A DNA stretch of 64,000 nucleotides from Octopus bimaculoides (taxonomy: Eukaryota), in contig NC_068988.1 in NCBI RefSeq assembly GCF_001194135.2, positions 81,306,023 to 81,370,022 of the forward strand. The letters run 5' to 3'. Numbering within the stretch: the stretch's first letter is position 1; each line of letters starts with the position of its first letter. Below are positions 23,821-37,035 of this stretch, piece after piece. The notes under the pieces are model-generated. The model was not told the DNA's origin, did not search any database, and worked only from the letters and a program-made list of their open reading frames with translations. The translations under genes and the position numbers were made by a program.

Positions 23821-25190
23821 TTCAGAGCTTCAGCGTCATTTTATAGCAGGTGTTAGTATTACAGGAAGTATTTCCCATATTTATCTCCAAAGTAACCACT
23901 TTCTCAACATCACTGATCATAAATTCATGGCATAGACATATTGACAAAAGTTGGATGATCTGAAGGTAGAGTTCAAAGTGTCTAAGTAAATAAATGTCAA
24001 TCGTTTTGAACTCATTGACCAAGGTACTTGAGTATTTTTTCATCCTTGTGGAATGCTGTTTAGAATGTCTCAAATAGTCGTAAACACAACAGGGTATGAA
24101 TGTAGTTGTTCCAAGTTGTATTTGATCAAGGTTTATCTGTGGAATTTTATGATGTACAAAAGACTGAATAGTTAAAGTACAGTTACTATGAATAGATGAA
24201 AATAATTGAATGCCTAAATCTTGAAGGCATCCTCGTTTGTTTCATGGCAAAAGACTAAAGTGACAGAATTATAGTTGTATAGTTTGTGTTACTATAACTT
24301 GTAATAATAATTACATGTTATCATTAATGTCTCATTGTTTTTATTTATTGTCACCATTCAATTACAAAGTATGTCTTTGAGTATTAGTCAACAAGCTGCA
24401 AAACAATCTATCTGCAGTCTTGATCTCTTCTTTCCACATATCAAAAACATAGCATGGCTTTCTGATATTTAAATTTATTCCAGTACTTTGGATGCATACT
24501 GTATTGTACATAAAATATCAACCATAATATTATAATATTACTTATCATGCATAAGCTAGCACAAAATGCTGCCACCACCACAGTCTATAGCAGATCTGTT
24601 CGCTCCATAGTAGTAGAGAGAAAAAAGCAAAATAAATACAACCCTAATATAAAACAACAATAGTGATGAAATAAATCACTGAGGTTAAATATTCAGAGAT
24701 GTCATTGACATAGACTACCCTGAAAAAGGTTTAATAAGGTTAAACATGTTTGGAGTTGTCTCCCATACACAACAAACAGGTTAAAGTAATATTTAGTCGT
24801 TGAGCTAAAGTTTTATTTTCTTCACTATATAATTATCATCTCTAATGAAATATTTTGTTCACCACATTTAATGTTAACGATGACTTAATTAAATGGTAAT
24901 TAAAAAAGATTTATAGTTTACAGATGGGGAGAGCTAAATGTGACTTCTCATACAGGATTATGGCTTAACATTGAATATTGCTTTTATGACAAAACATCAA
25001 TCATTAAGAAATAAAAAAAATGTGTTTACTCAAATGTTTCTTTTACAAAATCAGTAGTTATCCTCTTTATACCACGAACACTCACAAACATTGACATAGT
25101 TGTAATTCAAGAGAAAAAACTTATACATAAGGCATTGAGAAAGGAACCCTAAAAGGAAACAGAGATTATTACAGACATACACACACTTCC

Positions 25191-25228
<38 letters not shown>

Positions 25229-25359
25229 CACACAGACACTCTCCCTCTCACTCTCTCTCACTCTCCCTCTCTCTCCCTCTCCCTCCCCCCCTCTCTCTCA
25301 ATATAAATATGTGTGTGAGTGTGTGTGTATATATATGTGTGTGTGTATATATAAAATCA

Positions 25360-25535
25360 CCCAGCACACACTGTAAACTGGTTGGTATTAGGAAGGACAT
25401 CCAGTGATGAAATCTGAGCCAAATTAGACTGAAACTTGTTGCAGCTCTTTGGCTTGCGAGCTGGGGTCAAATCATCTAACCCATACCAGCATGGAAAATG
25501 GACATTAAAAGATGATGATAATGATGAGGATGATG
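25360..25535 (+). mobile_element. RTE 3' tail / RTE-tailed SINE fragment
   Basis: AACCCATACCAGCATGGAAAATGGACATTAAAAGATGATG matches the RTE 3' ends at 36975-37035 and 63720-63770. Confidence 0.75.
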
Positions 25536-25537
25536 AT

Positions 25538-25583
<46 letters not shown>

Positions 25584-26236
25584 TGTATGTATGTATGTAT
25601 GTATGTATATATATATATGTATGTATATATATATATGTATGTATATATATATATGTATGTATATATANNNNNNNNNNNNNNNNNNNNNNNNNNNNNNNNN
25701 NNNNNNNNNNNNNNNNNNNNNNNNNNNNNNNNNNNNNNNNNNNNNNNNNNNNNNNNNNNNNNNNNNNNNNNNNNNNNNNNNTATATATATATATGTGTAT
25801 GTATGTATGCATATCTATATACTATTAAAAATGAACTTCAATCTTGCTTGCTTGCTTGGAATGTTACACACCCAAACTGGCACATAATGGGAAAATACTT
25901 CGAAAGTAAAGTTCCTCTGAAATGTGAATACAAACAGATTAAAACAAATTTTGAGTCAATCGAACCACACATTCCAGAGATATGCGTTTTTCTGGGTGAA
26001 AGTTCCCACAAAATTCTGAGCAGACAACTGAACAGGGAGTTCTTGCCCTTTTATTTCTTTCTTTGTAAAACCACCACAGCTGGCAGTAACAATAACATTA
26101 CACGTCTTCGCAATGCGCTTCCTAATGCTGATCACTCTGAGAGTGTAGTAAGTGCTTTTTACATGCCACTGGCATGGGAGCCAGTCGGCAGGCACTGGTA
26201 TTGACCACGTTCAGATGGTGCATTTTACATGCCGCT

Positions 26237-26890
26237 AGCACATCGCTGATAGTTCTAATGGAAAATTTGAATCCTCCAAGGCTTTGTAATGGAACATATA
26301 TGATTGTGGAAAAACTGTATTACAATCTCATAGTAGCGAGAATCAACACTGCCACTTTCAGAAATGAAATTGTTATGATACCAAGAATAACAATTAATCT
26401 ATCCAAAGGTGAGGATATCCCTTTGTAGTGAAACCAATTTTCAGTTCAATCATGCTTTGCTATGACAATTCATAAAGCACAAGAACAAACTATGAACAAC
26501 ATTGTAATTTACCTGGAATGAGCTGTATTCCAACACTGTCAACTGTATGTGGTCCTGTATGCTGTGGAAAATGAAAGGAAAATGTCCTTGTATGCTGTGG
26601 AAAATGAAAGGAAAATGTCCTTGTATGCTGTGGAAAATGAAAGGAAAATGTCAGAGTGTTTATGAAGGACACCCAGTCAACTAAGAATATCATCATCAAA
26701 AGCATTCTTGTGAACAAACTGTAACAGCATCAAAATGAATAAACATTCCTTCCAAAGTCAGAAGGTGAAAGTAAAAGGAAAAACTATGACAAGTATGAAT
26801 AATTTCCTTGATTTCAAGGCAATGTTGAATTCAGCTTCAATGTTTTATAACCTGAATCTTCAGTAACCCAGTAGGTCATAGGTGGCCTAG
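26237..26890 (+). pseudogene. Helitron Pif1-type helicase C-terminus and putative 3' CTAG end
   Basis: LMENLNPPRLCNGT..VMIPRI..QFSVQSCFAMTIHKAQEQT..VFQHCQLYV. CTAG|T at 26887-26891. Confidence 0.85.
26552..26652. repeat. 33-bp tandem repeat x3 inside the Helitron helicase
   Basis: GTCCTTGTATGCTGTGGAAAATGAAAGGAAAAT repeated. Confidence 0.9.
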
Positions 26891-28477
26891 TGTATATACA
26901 TTAATCAATATATACTGTATTGTATATCCAGTATGGCCAATTTTATCAATCAATTTCACGCTGGGTATTAAAATAGTTGTTAGATAACAACAGGCTTAAG
27001 TAATACCACATACTCATCAGAACTAGCTGCTATGGAAGAAAATATGGCAACTGCTCTCTGTTATTAGAGGTGAAAAAAATCACATCCACTTTGTAAGTGC
27101 TGGGAAAAATGACAAAACAAACTGAGCAAGTGTTATTTCAAGAGTTATTGCCCTTAGCCCCAAAAGCATCTGAGGTGCTCTAAGGCTACAAGAGGTTTCT
27201 GAAAATGTGTGCCGGTGTCAGAGGTTGGTGTTCCCATAGGGTTGGAATGAGTATAGAGATATTAAATGTATAGGCTTTTTTGGGGAAATGGGGTTGTTGG
27301 GTGAGTGTCTGAACACTTAAACCCATGTTAGGTTGAAATGTGTCTGTGTGTTTGTTTATACATGTTTTACTGGGTACTCACAATATGGTGGTGAAAGAGC
27401 TGTAGGTGAAAAACTTGTGATTATAGTCATGATGGGGCCATGGGTATGATAAACTGTCATTCATGTGGGAAAGAGCTAAAAATCTCACTTCTGTAGTTTA
27501 GGTAGATGTCTGGTTGCTGAGAGCTTTTAATATGATTCTTTACTTGGCTAAACACAATCCACATTTTCTGCTGTTATTAAAGTAAACCCAGCACTTCTCT
27601 AAGATTTTCTACTTTATATTACACTCTGGTGCTTTCCTTTAATGATCATATGTGCCTGGCCAGGGCTGTAGCATTTTGTCTCTCCAGGATATTGAAGCAG
27701 GATTTATCATTATTGAATCAGGTCCTGAAAGGAGATTCTGTTGCTCCCTCATGCTTTTGTGCATTTAGTTGCCCATTTGGGCCTTTTTAGGTCACATACA
27801 CAACTGCTCATATACAACAATTCAGCATAAACCGATGAGCCAGAAGGCTATGTCAAGCTCCAGAATCAGCTTTGGTATGGCTTATACAGCTGGAAGCCCT
27901 TCCTGGTGCCAACCACTTTACGGAGTGTACCAGATGCTTTTTCATGGTGCAGGCACACACACACACACACACACACACATACTAGCATGAGTACCTGATC
28001 AAATGCCCAAGCAATAACCTGATTTTCAGCAATGAGCAATTAAGGGTAAAATTTAGCCATGTTGAATAAATGTTTTATTAATAAATTAAACTTGATAATT
28101 TTATTTATAATTGTCCCCTTTAATAACTTTACTCTCAGGTTTATGTTATACGGAATGCATCATTCTGATAAAACTTCTTAGCTGACCACATGCTTTGTTT
28201 GGTTATTTAGAGCCATGATAATTTATTTCTTGGCATTCACAGTTCTAGAAGTTGCAATGTTTAATTGTCTATGAGAGAAGCACAAAATTGGAAACATCTA
28301 AACTTGAGGCGAGCTCAGTGACTAATGGTAGTAGGAGTGTAGTATCACTTTTGTAGGGATCACAGGAAATAATAGCATCAGTGACATTAGCATGGAGCCA
28401 AAATGAAATGCATTGAGTGTCATTCACTGCTTTTGTTAGGTCCATATTTTTCCCAATCATGGTGGATGGTGTGGGGT

Positions 28478-29100
28478 AATGTTAAGTTTCAGGATGTGAG
28501 AGTGCATTCCCAAGAGCTCAGTGGAATTTAAGAGCTGCACTGGATAGTTTACAACATCTTCATCTCTGACAAATTTTCTCAATAACTAACTGTTGAACTA
28601 GTTGACATTAGTTTTTTTTGAAGGAGACAGTAATGCTGTTTCAGTAAAGTACTCAAACCTGATTTCATTGGTAGCAATGCAAAGAAAAACTTCAGCTTTG
28701 AGCTGCTCTAGAGATAAGACTGTTTTCCTCAATTGCTGAGAAATATTAATGATGCCAGGTTCTGCCACAATAGAGATCTGATCATCATCAATTTCTGGTA
28801 ATACCCTCACAAGGTTAGTCGTTCTCCCTTCAATTGATAGGCAAGTTCTCATGTTAGCCGTCAAGGACTTGATAATAATGATACATCATAAATAAGAAGT
28901 TTTCAGGTTCGCATTGATGATCTGTGACCTTGTGCCATGCTTCACACATCTGATCGGGTTCTATGACTGGCATTGAGACCCCATGGATGTGTAATGCTAG
29001 TTTCACAGATCCCAACCTGATTTGCTTTTGTTTTTCAATGTTTTTTCTTTTTGCTTTTGGTCAGCTTTGTTTATGGCATGCCTCTTTCTTTTCACTGTTC
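28478..29100 (-). pseudogene. Helitron Pif1-type helicase middle part
   Basis: KHGTRSQIINANLKTSYL*..SLTANMRTCL..ETALLSPSKK..VVNYPVQLLNSTELLGMHSHILKLNI matches the Helitron motifs LK.S.LW / L..NMR / YP.EFLNS...G.P.H.L.LK. Confidence 0.8.
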
Positions 29101-30936
29101 TGTTTCACTGGCTCCTTTTGAATTCTTCCTTTAAGCATCTGGGTGTCTGTAGAAGGTGATATTAAAGATTGGAAGGTTCTTTCTCCAGGAACCATGGTTC
29201 AAAAGACAGAATGAAAAAGTTAAAAGTTTTATATGATTTTCAAATTTAAAATCTGGCCTTAATGTTTCTCTATGGCAGTACGAGGTCAATTTGAGCTTTT
29301 GGCGGACAAGTATGCATGATCACAAACATATAAAAGTAACTGTTTTATTTTATTGAAGAAAATACAGAATTTGAAATTTAAAAAAATATTTACCATAGAT
29401 CGATTACTTGTTGTTTTATTGGTTTAAAATTAAAACAAACTTTGCACAGACTGAATGTACTTATATATAAAGTTATAGAATTGGTTTGGTGATGTAAACA
29501 GGAAAAATAACTAGTTTGATAAGAGCTTACACATAAAACTCTCAGCCCTTGAGTTACTCTCTTGCTTCTGCTAACTATTAATAAAAATATAAAGTTAGAG
29601 AATGAAAATTTGGTATAAAACAATAAAGTAACTCATACTATGAGAATAAAAAATATTTATGCCAGTAAAATAAGGAAAAACTATATCACATGATATTGAT
29701 TTAATTTGAATTTTACATAAACAATAAAATTTTTTTATAAAATTAGTATAAAATATTAATGTTCAAACAAATCAATAACTTTATTTACACTATAAATGTC
29801 AATATATTATTTCTTTATACAAATTTAAAATTAAAATTTTAAAATCTTCTAGCATTTTCTGATCCGCATGAATTGTTTTGTCTTTCTAAAAAATTTCATA
29901 GAAACATATCTCTATATAAAATTCTTTGAACTCTTTAAAAATTTTGAACCCCTTAAAAAAATTTCTGCTTCGATTGAAAGCTAAAATTTTTTGAACTCCT
30001 CACAGAAAATTTTCAGCTTCTACTAAAAATTTTATGCACTTTTTAAAAATCGCGTGCCTTCCTCCCTCAAAAACATTCTGCCTCTCCTAAAAATGCTGTA
30101 CCTTCTGTAAATAGAACAGCTATACAGCTAATAATAAAATATTAAATTATCAGAATAATATTATCAAGTAGCATATCAAATTTCACATTGATATCTTGCA
30201 TAAGAGATGGGGGACACTTTTTCAGGGACAGAGTGGATGAAAAGGGTGTTTGCTTTTTTTCCCCCAGTTGATTCTAATTTAACCAGTTGGTTTAACTTTA
30301 GTATACCCAGTTCATGAGCTTTTCAATGGACACATATTGCACTCATGGTTGTAGAAACACACACAACTACTTATACATAAACACACACACATATATAATA
30401 TTACTATAACTCCTCTTATTCTTCATAATTTTAATACAATATTATAATCTAATGATGGGCAATTAATGTTATTGAACTTTTCCATTCAGCCATATCCAAT
30501 GATTGCAAATTTTATCTCGTCATCTCTTGAAGGATTTTGGCATGAAACCATTCAGTAAAATTAATTGGCTGATTGACTGTCATGAAACTATAATAATATA
30601 TGTATTCTACTATCTCACATATGAATACCTGTTTTCTTTTTTTCTGACTCATGAGAGCTAAGTGGACAACTATATATATATATATNNNNNNNNNNCACCA
30701 CAAACATTTGATCACTATAAACAAGTCAACTCTGCACGTTGTCTAGCAAGAAATTGCAGAATCATCATCTATCATCTATGACAGGAGAGTCCACAACACA
30801 CACATGCACATACACATGCACATGCATACACATGCACACAAACACACATACACGCATACACACACACACAATACACACACACGATACACACACACACACG
30901 CACACACACACACACACACACNNNNNNNNNNACAGT

Positions 30937-30974
<38 letters not shown>

Positions 30975-31559
30975 CTCATGATCACAAAATCACAGTTCTG
31001 ATTCATTGACTGTGCAGTGCATTGTGTTTTTTTTGAGCAAAACACTTCATCTCACATTGATCTGCTATCATTTTAACATGACATCTAATGTGTGGCATAC
31101 TGTGCAGCTGTTTAGTGATTGTTGATTTGATGGGGAGAGTCAGCTGATGTACACCACAAACATTTGATCACTATAAACAAGTCAACTCTGCACGTTGTCT
31201 AGCAAGAAATTGCAGAATCATCATCTATCATCTATGACAGGAGAGTCCACAACACACACATGCACATACACATGCACATGCATACACATGCACACAAACA
31301 CACATACACGCATANNNNNNNNNNACATGCACACAAACACACATACACGCATACACACACACACAATACACACACACGATACACACACACACACGCACAC
31401 ACACACACACACACACACATATATCGTCATCATCATCATATAATGTCTGATTTCCATATTGGCATAGGTTGGGCGGTTTGACAGGAGCTGACCAGCTGAA
31501 GGGTTGCTCAGGCTCCAATACATATACAAATCTCTGTATTTTATTACCATCACCATCAT

Positions 31560-33195
31560 CATCATTATGATCATCATCATTTAACATCCATTTTCCATGC
31601 CAGCATGGGTTGGGCAGTTTGCCTAGAGCTGGTAAGGCCAGGGGCTACACCAGCTTTGATTGTCTGTTCTGGCATGATTTCTACAGCTGGATGCCCTTTC
31701 TCATGCCAATCACTCTATAGAGTGTACTGGGTGCTTTTAATGTGGCACCAGCACCGGTATTAACTCTGCTGTGGTGGGCAGGTCTTCTTCAGCATAGCAG
31801 TGTGCTCGATATCTTGGTCCTAAAGGCGGCGAGCTGCTAGAAATGTTAGCATTCCAGGCAAAATGCTTAGAGGTATTTCGTCTGTCTTTACATTCTGAGT
31901 TCCACAGAAGTCGACTTTGCCTTTCATCCTTTTGGGGTCGATAAATTAAGTACCAGTTGCGTACTGGGGTCGATAAAATCGACTGGCTGACTCTCCAAAA
32001 ATTTCAGGCCTTGTGCCTAGAGTAGAAAAGGGATCTTGGTCCTTAATCATCTCCTTTACTAGGTTCAGTGTCTTGAGATCAACTTTCAGTACTTCACCCC
32101 ATGTCTTCCACAAGTTCCATCCACTTTAAGTTATCAGCACTTCTGTATGCAACTATCTACATCCATGCACATCACATAACCAAACGAGGATAGTCTTCTC
32201 TCTTGCACACTGCATCTAATTCCTCTTATGTCCAACTTTTCCCTCAAAACACCACTGCTCTCTCTCACATGTATACAGAAATTGCACATCCAGTAGAGCA
32301 TACTAGCCTCCATTCCTCTCTAGCCTTCACATGTCTTTTGCACTCAGGGTTCACATCTCATTGCCATGTAGAATTACTGCTCATATATGTGTGTCATACA
32401 ATCTTCCTTTCACAGAGAAGAGAGAGAGAGACTTGGTTGCTAACAGAGGTGAAAGCTCTCTGAATTTTCTCCATCCTATTCTTCTAGTGATTACACTTTC
32501 TGTGCATCCTCTCACAGCTAATTAGGTTTCGTAGGTAGCAGAAATTATTCACTACCTCTCTGAAGCCTCCAGGACATTTGAGAAAATTGACTTCCTGAGT
32601 ATCTGTAGTTTTTATGGTGCTTGTGTATCTTCCACATACAAACACTACCTTCTCTGATAACCTTCCTATTATTCCACTGCACCCCATGTGTGTTTATAGC
32701 TTGCACTGGGTACACCATATGGAATTCCAGTCTACACCTTTTCTATATATTAAGCAAGGCTATTTACACAATGGTGGAAGGGTCCTATCCATTTTCTTGC
32801 TTTCTAGAACCTTAGTCTTTGCTAATTTAACCTTAAGGCCCTTTGATTCCAGGTTTTGCTTCCACACCTGGAGTTTATTTTCTAGTTCTGTAACAGAATC
32901 TGCTATGAAAGCAAGATCATCAGCATATAACAGTTCCCAGGAGTAGCCAGTCTTGAACTCTTTTCTTATGGCATGAAGGACAATGATGAAGAGGAAAGGT
33001 CTGAGAACTGGAATCTGGTGAACACCTACCTATATGCTAAATTCATCACTATACTCATGGTTAACTCTCAACTTACTGACTGCACCTATGCACATGGCTT
33101 GTACAGCTTTCACAAGCCACTCATCTACCCCTAACTTTCTCAGAGCCCACCATATCACACAGTAGGGTACTCTGCCAAAGCTTTTTCTAAGTATA
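31560..33195 (-). mobile_element. RTE-clade LINE, 5'-truncated (RT, Cys-rich region, 3' UTR)
   Basis: Reverse translation LGVDEWLVKAVQAM..ELLYADDLAF..KQNLESKGLKVKLAKTKVL. The 3' UTR ends in (CAT)n at ~31570. Confidence 0.9.
31825..32030 (+). mobile_element. tRNA-derived SINE inserted in RTE
   Basis: GGCGGCGAGCTGCTAGAAATG...GTCGACTTTGCCTTTCATCC. Confidence 0.85.
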
Positions 33196-33236
33196 CTTAG
33201 ATATATATGTATATATATACATATATTATATATATA

Positions 33237-33306
<70 letters not shown>

Positions 33307-33344
33307 GTATGTATACATATATGTTATATATATGTATGTGTACA

Positions 33345-33487
33345 TACAGACACAAGGTGCTGGTATGGTCATGTGGCAAGAATAGATGAGGATAGCTGTG
33401 TGAGAAAGTGCGACACCCTAGCGGTTGAGGGAACCTGTGGAAGAGGTAGACCCAGGAAAACCTGGGATGAGGTGGTGAAGCAAGACT
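33345..33487 (+). mobile_element. RTE ORF2 C-terminal fragment
   Basis: RCWYGHVARIDEDSCVRKC..GRGRPRKTWDEVVKQD. Confidence 0.85.
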
Positions 33488-34366
33488 GAACTACTTGGTA
33501 AAATTACTAATTATTAATTAATTATTAATTCTTACCCTATATCTGTAAGAATTTATTCACTCCCTGGTGGTAAACTACAGTTTCTGCAGGATTACTCGTA
33601 GCGCACATGGGTAATTAAGGAATGATATGATTTTCTTACTCGTCTATATGAATTTGGAAATGCTGTTCTTGGATAATCGTTTTGATGTTGCCTGATCGAA
33701 NNNNNNNNNNNNNNNNNNNNNNNNNNNNNNNNNNNNNNNNNNNNNNNNNNNNNNNNNNNNNNNNNNNNNNNNNNNNNNNNNNNNNNNNNNNNNNNNNNNN
33801 NNNNNNNNNNNNNNNNNNNNNNNNNNNNNNNNNNNNNNNNNNNNNNNNNNNNNNNNNNNNNNNNNNNNNNNNNNNNNNNNNNNNNNNNNNNNNNNNNNNN
33901 NNNNNNNNNNNNNNNNNNNNNNNNNNNNNNNNNNNNNNNNNNNNNNNNNNNNNNNNNNNNNNNNNNNNNNNNNNNNNNNNNNNNNNNNNNNNNNNNNNNN
34001 NNNNNNNNNNNNNNNNNNNNNNNNNNNNNNNNNNNNNNNNNNNNNNNNNNNNNNNNNNNNNNNNNNNNNNNNNNNNNNNNNNNNNNNNNNNNNNNNNNNN
34101 NNNNNNNNNNNNNNNNNNNNNNNNNNNNNNNNNNNNNNNNNNNNNNNNNNNNNNNNNNNNNNNNNNNNNNNNNNNNNNNNNNNNNNNNNNNNNNNNNNNN
34201 NNNNNNNNNNNNNNNNNNNNNNNNNNNNNNNNNNNNNNNNNNNNNNNNNNNNNNNNNNNNNNNNNNNNNNNNNNNNNNNNNNNNNNNNNNNNNNNNNNNN
34301 NNNNNNNNNNNNNNNNNNNNNNNNNNNNNNNNNNNNNNNNNNNNNNNNNNNNNNNNNNNNNTATAT

Positions 34367-34400
34367 ACTAGCAGCTAAACCCGGTTTCACCCGGTCTGTT
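34367..34400 (-). mobile_element. Helitron-type 3' terminus
   Basis: Reverse complement GACCGGGTGAAACCGGGTTTAGCTGCTAG|T: short CCGG hairpin followed by CTAG. Confidence 0.55.
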
Positions 34401-35318
34401 TGGATGATGTGGCGGTGATTGTTTTCGGTTAGGCATAATCTATAACAGCGTTTCTCAACCTGATCATTTCGTGTCCCGTTTCGATTGGAGCCTCCAGCTG
34501 TATGAAGATTTCACCCACTCCTGTCAGAAAATGGCTTCAGGAGTTCTGAAGAAAGAATTTGTATGTAGTCTATTTATGAGAGCTATTCTATTGAACGTCT
34601 GTCTAATCATTAAAAGATTTATTTAATTATGAACATAGAAAGAAATTATACATTAATCGCAATTTTTGCAAGCAGTGGGTGGATTTGTTAGATGGAAACT
34701 GAGAGAAGCCTGTTATATATTTGTGTGTGTATGTGCATGTGTGTGAGTGTGTGCATGCATGTGTGTGTGTATTTTACATTTGTGATTCTCCAAAAATCAC
34801 TGAGTTTCAAGCAGTGACATTGTTGTCGTTTCCTCTGTCAAAAAATCCTTGTTGACCTGCTTTGCACTTTTGAGGGCACGTGGTATAAGAGACCCCTTAC
34901 CTGAAAACAGGTAAGCAGCAAGAAAGGCATCTAGTTGTAAAACAATGCCTAAGTAATGTATTTGTTTAAAGCATGCCAGCTCGGGAAAAAAAGATATAAA
35001 TTCGAACCAACACATCAAAAAGACAAAAAGGATATCAAGCAAAAACAAGCCAACATATATATTATTACACACATACACATATACAAACATACACATACAC
35101 ACACATATGTTTGTAATTACATACATGTAATAGGCTTTCAACGGAAATCTTCTTAAGGAATAATTCAACAATTCTTGTAATATTAAAATACCTTTTCCCT
35201 GGTTGCACATTACACACACATACACATACATACATGTATAAAATCTGATTATATGTATGTGTACACGTATACATATATATATATATATATATATATATNN
35301 NNNNNNNNATATACATAC

Positions 35319-35358
<40 letters not shown>

Positions 35359-35954
35359 GTCTTCTGTTATCACTTAGAATCATATCAGTAGAGTACATTC
35401 TCATGAGATCTACACCTTTCAAGTATCTTAAATTTCCCCACTACAACAATTCGCATTTACTGCTTGTTTTTCTGATAATTCATTTTCCATTACATCTGTC
35501 TTGTAAAATATTCCCAGGAAGCAACTAATTTCTTTACTTTTTCGTTATTTTCTTTCTTCTTATTTTTTTGGTGTGTTTTTGAAGCAAAGAAATATGATTT
35601 TTCTGTTTATCTTCATTCTTTCTACTTCCCATCCACCACCATTGTTAATGACAAATGAATACATTCGTCAAATGATGAATGCAATTTCTCCATCTGAGAA
35701 TCTGAAAATGACAAACACAGCTAAAAATGTCTCCTACATCTAACAATATTGTAAGTCTTCAAAATAAAGACATAAAAATTTGAAAAATAAATGAAGTGAT
35801 AAAAAATAATTTATATATAAAGGAAAAACAATCTCTGGGTTGGTGTCAATGTAGAAATGGTACCCATAATTCAACTGAGTACAACCCAAACTTCCTTTTT
35901 TCCAGCCTTGTTCCCACTCTCTCCTACTCATTTCATACATTGTCCGCAATTAGG

Positions 35955-37035
35955 GCAAGGTCCTCTATGCTGATGACCTTGCCCTAATTGCGGAGTCACT
36001 ATCAGAACTAGAGGAGAAGTTTCAGGTGTGGAAGCAAGGTCTAGAATTGAAGGGCCTTAGAGTCAACCTAGCTAAAACCAAAATCCTAATAAGTAGGAAG
36101 GTAGATAAAACACAAACCCCTTCAGGTAGATGGCCCTGCTCAGTATGTAGAAAAGGAGTAGGTAGTAACTCTATAAGATGTACCCGGTGCAAGCTATGGA
36201 CACATAAGAGGTGCAGCAACATCAAAGGCAGGTTAACTAGCAAGTTANNNNNNNNNNNNNNNNNNNNNNNNNNNNNNNNNNNNNNNNNNNNNNNNNNNNN
36301 NNNNNNNNNNNNNNNNNNNNNNNNNNNNNNNNNNNNNNNNNNNNNNNNNNNNNNNNNNNNNNNNNNNNNNNNNNNNNNNNNNNNNNNNNNNNNNNNNNNN
36401 NNNNNNNNNNNNNNNNNNNNNNNNNNNNNNNNNNNNNNNNNNNNNNNNNNNNNNNNNNNNNNNNNNNNNNNNNNNNNNNNNNNNNNNNNNNNNNNNNNNN
36501 NNNNNNNNNNNNNNNNNNNNNNNNNNNNNNNNNNNNNNNNNNNNNNNNNNNNNNNNNNNNNNNNNNNNNNNNNNNNNNNNNNNNNNNNNNNNNNNNNNNN
36601 NNNNNNNNNNNNNNNNNNNNNNNNNNNNNNNNNNNNNNNNNNNNNNNNNNNNNNNNNNNNNNNNNNNNNNNNNNNNNNNNNNNNNNNNNNNNNNNNNNNN
36701 NNNNNNNNNNNNNNNNNNNNNNNNNNNNNNNNNNNNNNNNNNNNNNNNNNNNNNNNNNNNNNNNCATTGCCAGTGCCCCTGGACTGGTTCTTGTGCGGGT
36801 GGCACATAAAAGACACCATTTCGAGCGTGGCCGTTTTCGTGCGGGTGACACGTAAAAGCACCCACTACACTCTCTGAGTGGTTGGCGTTAGGAAGGGCAT
36901 CCAGCTGTAGAAACTCTGCCAAATCAGACTGGAGCCTGGTGTTGCCATCCGGTTTCACCAGTCCTCAGTCAAATCGTCCAACCCATGCTAGCATGGAAAG
37001 CGGACGTTAAACGATGATGATGATGATGATGATGT
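35955..37035 (+). mobile_element. RTE-clade LINE, 5'-truncated, spanning a gap
   Basis: LYADDLALIAES..GLRVNLAKTKIL..WPCSVCRKGVGSNSIRCTRCKLWTHKRCS. The 3' UTR ends in (GAT)n. Confidence 0.9.

Larger units (their letters stand above)
18340..24260 (+). pseudogene. hAT transposase pseudogene (ZMYM1/DUF4371-like with C-terminal dimerisation domain), interrupted by LTR and Helitron insertions
   Basis: FVLIVDERKDILKTELLSLVL (DET.D.S..EQ.S.VL motif). IISQCY|EG (QCYDG motif) rejoins across the LTR insertion. ECSCSKLYLIKVYLWNFMMYKRLN (CER.FS.L..IK..LRN.M...RLN motif). Confidence 0.75.

Noticed and set aside
30696-31420. Near-identical ~230-bp segment repeated 456 bp apart
   Set aside because: Both copies are bounded by short N gaps; most likely contig-overlap or haplotype assembly redundancy.
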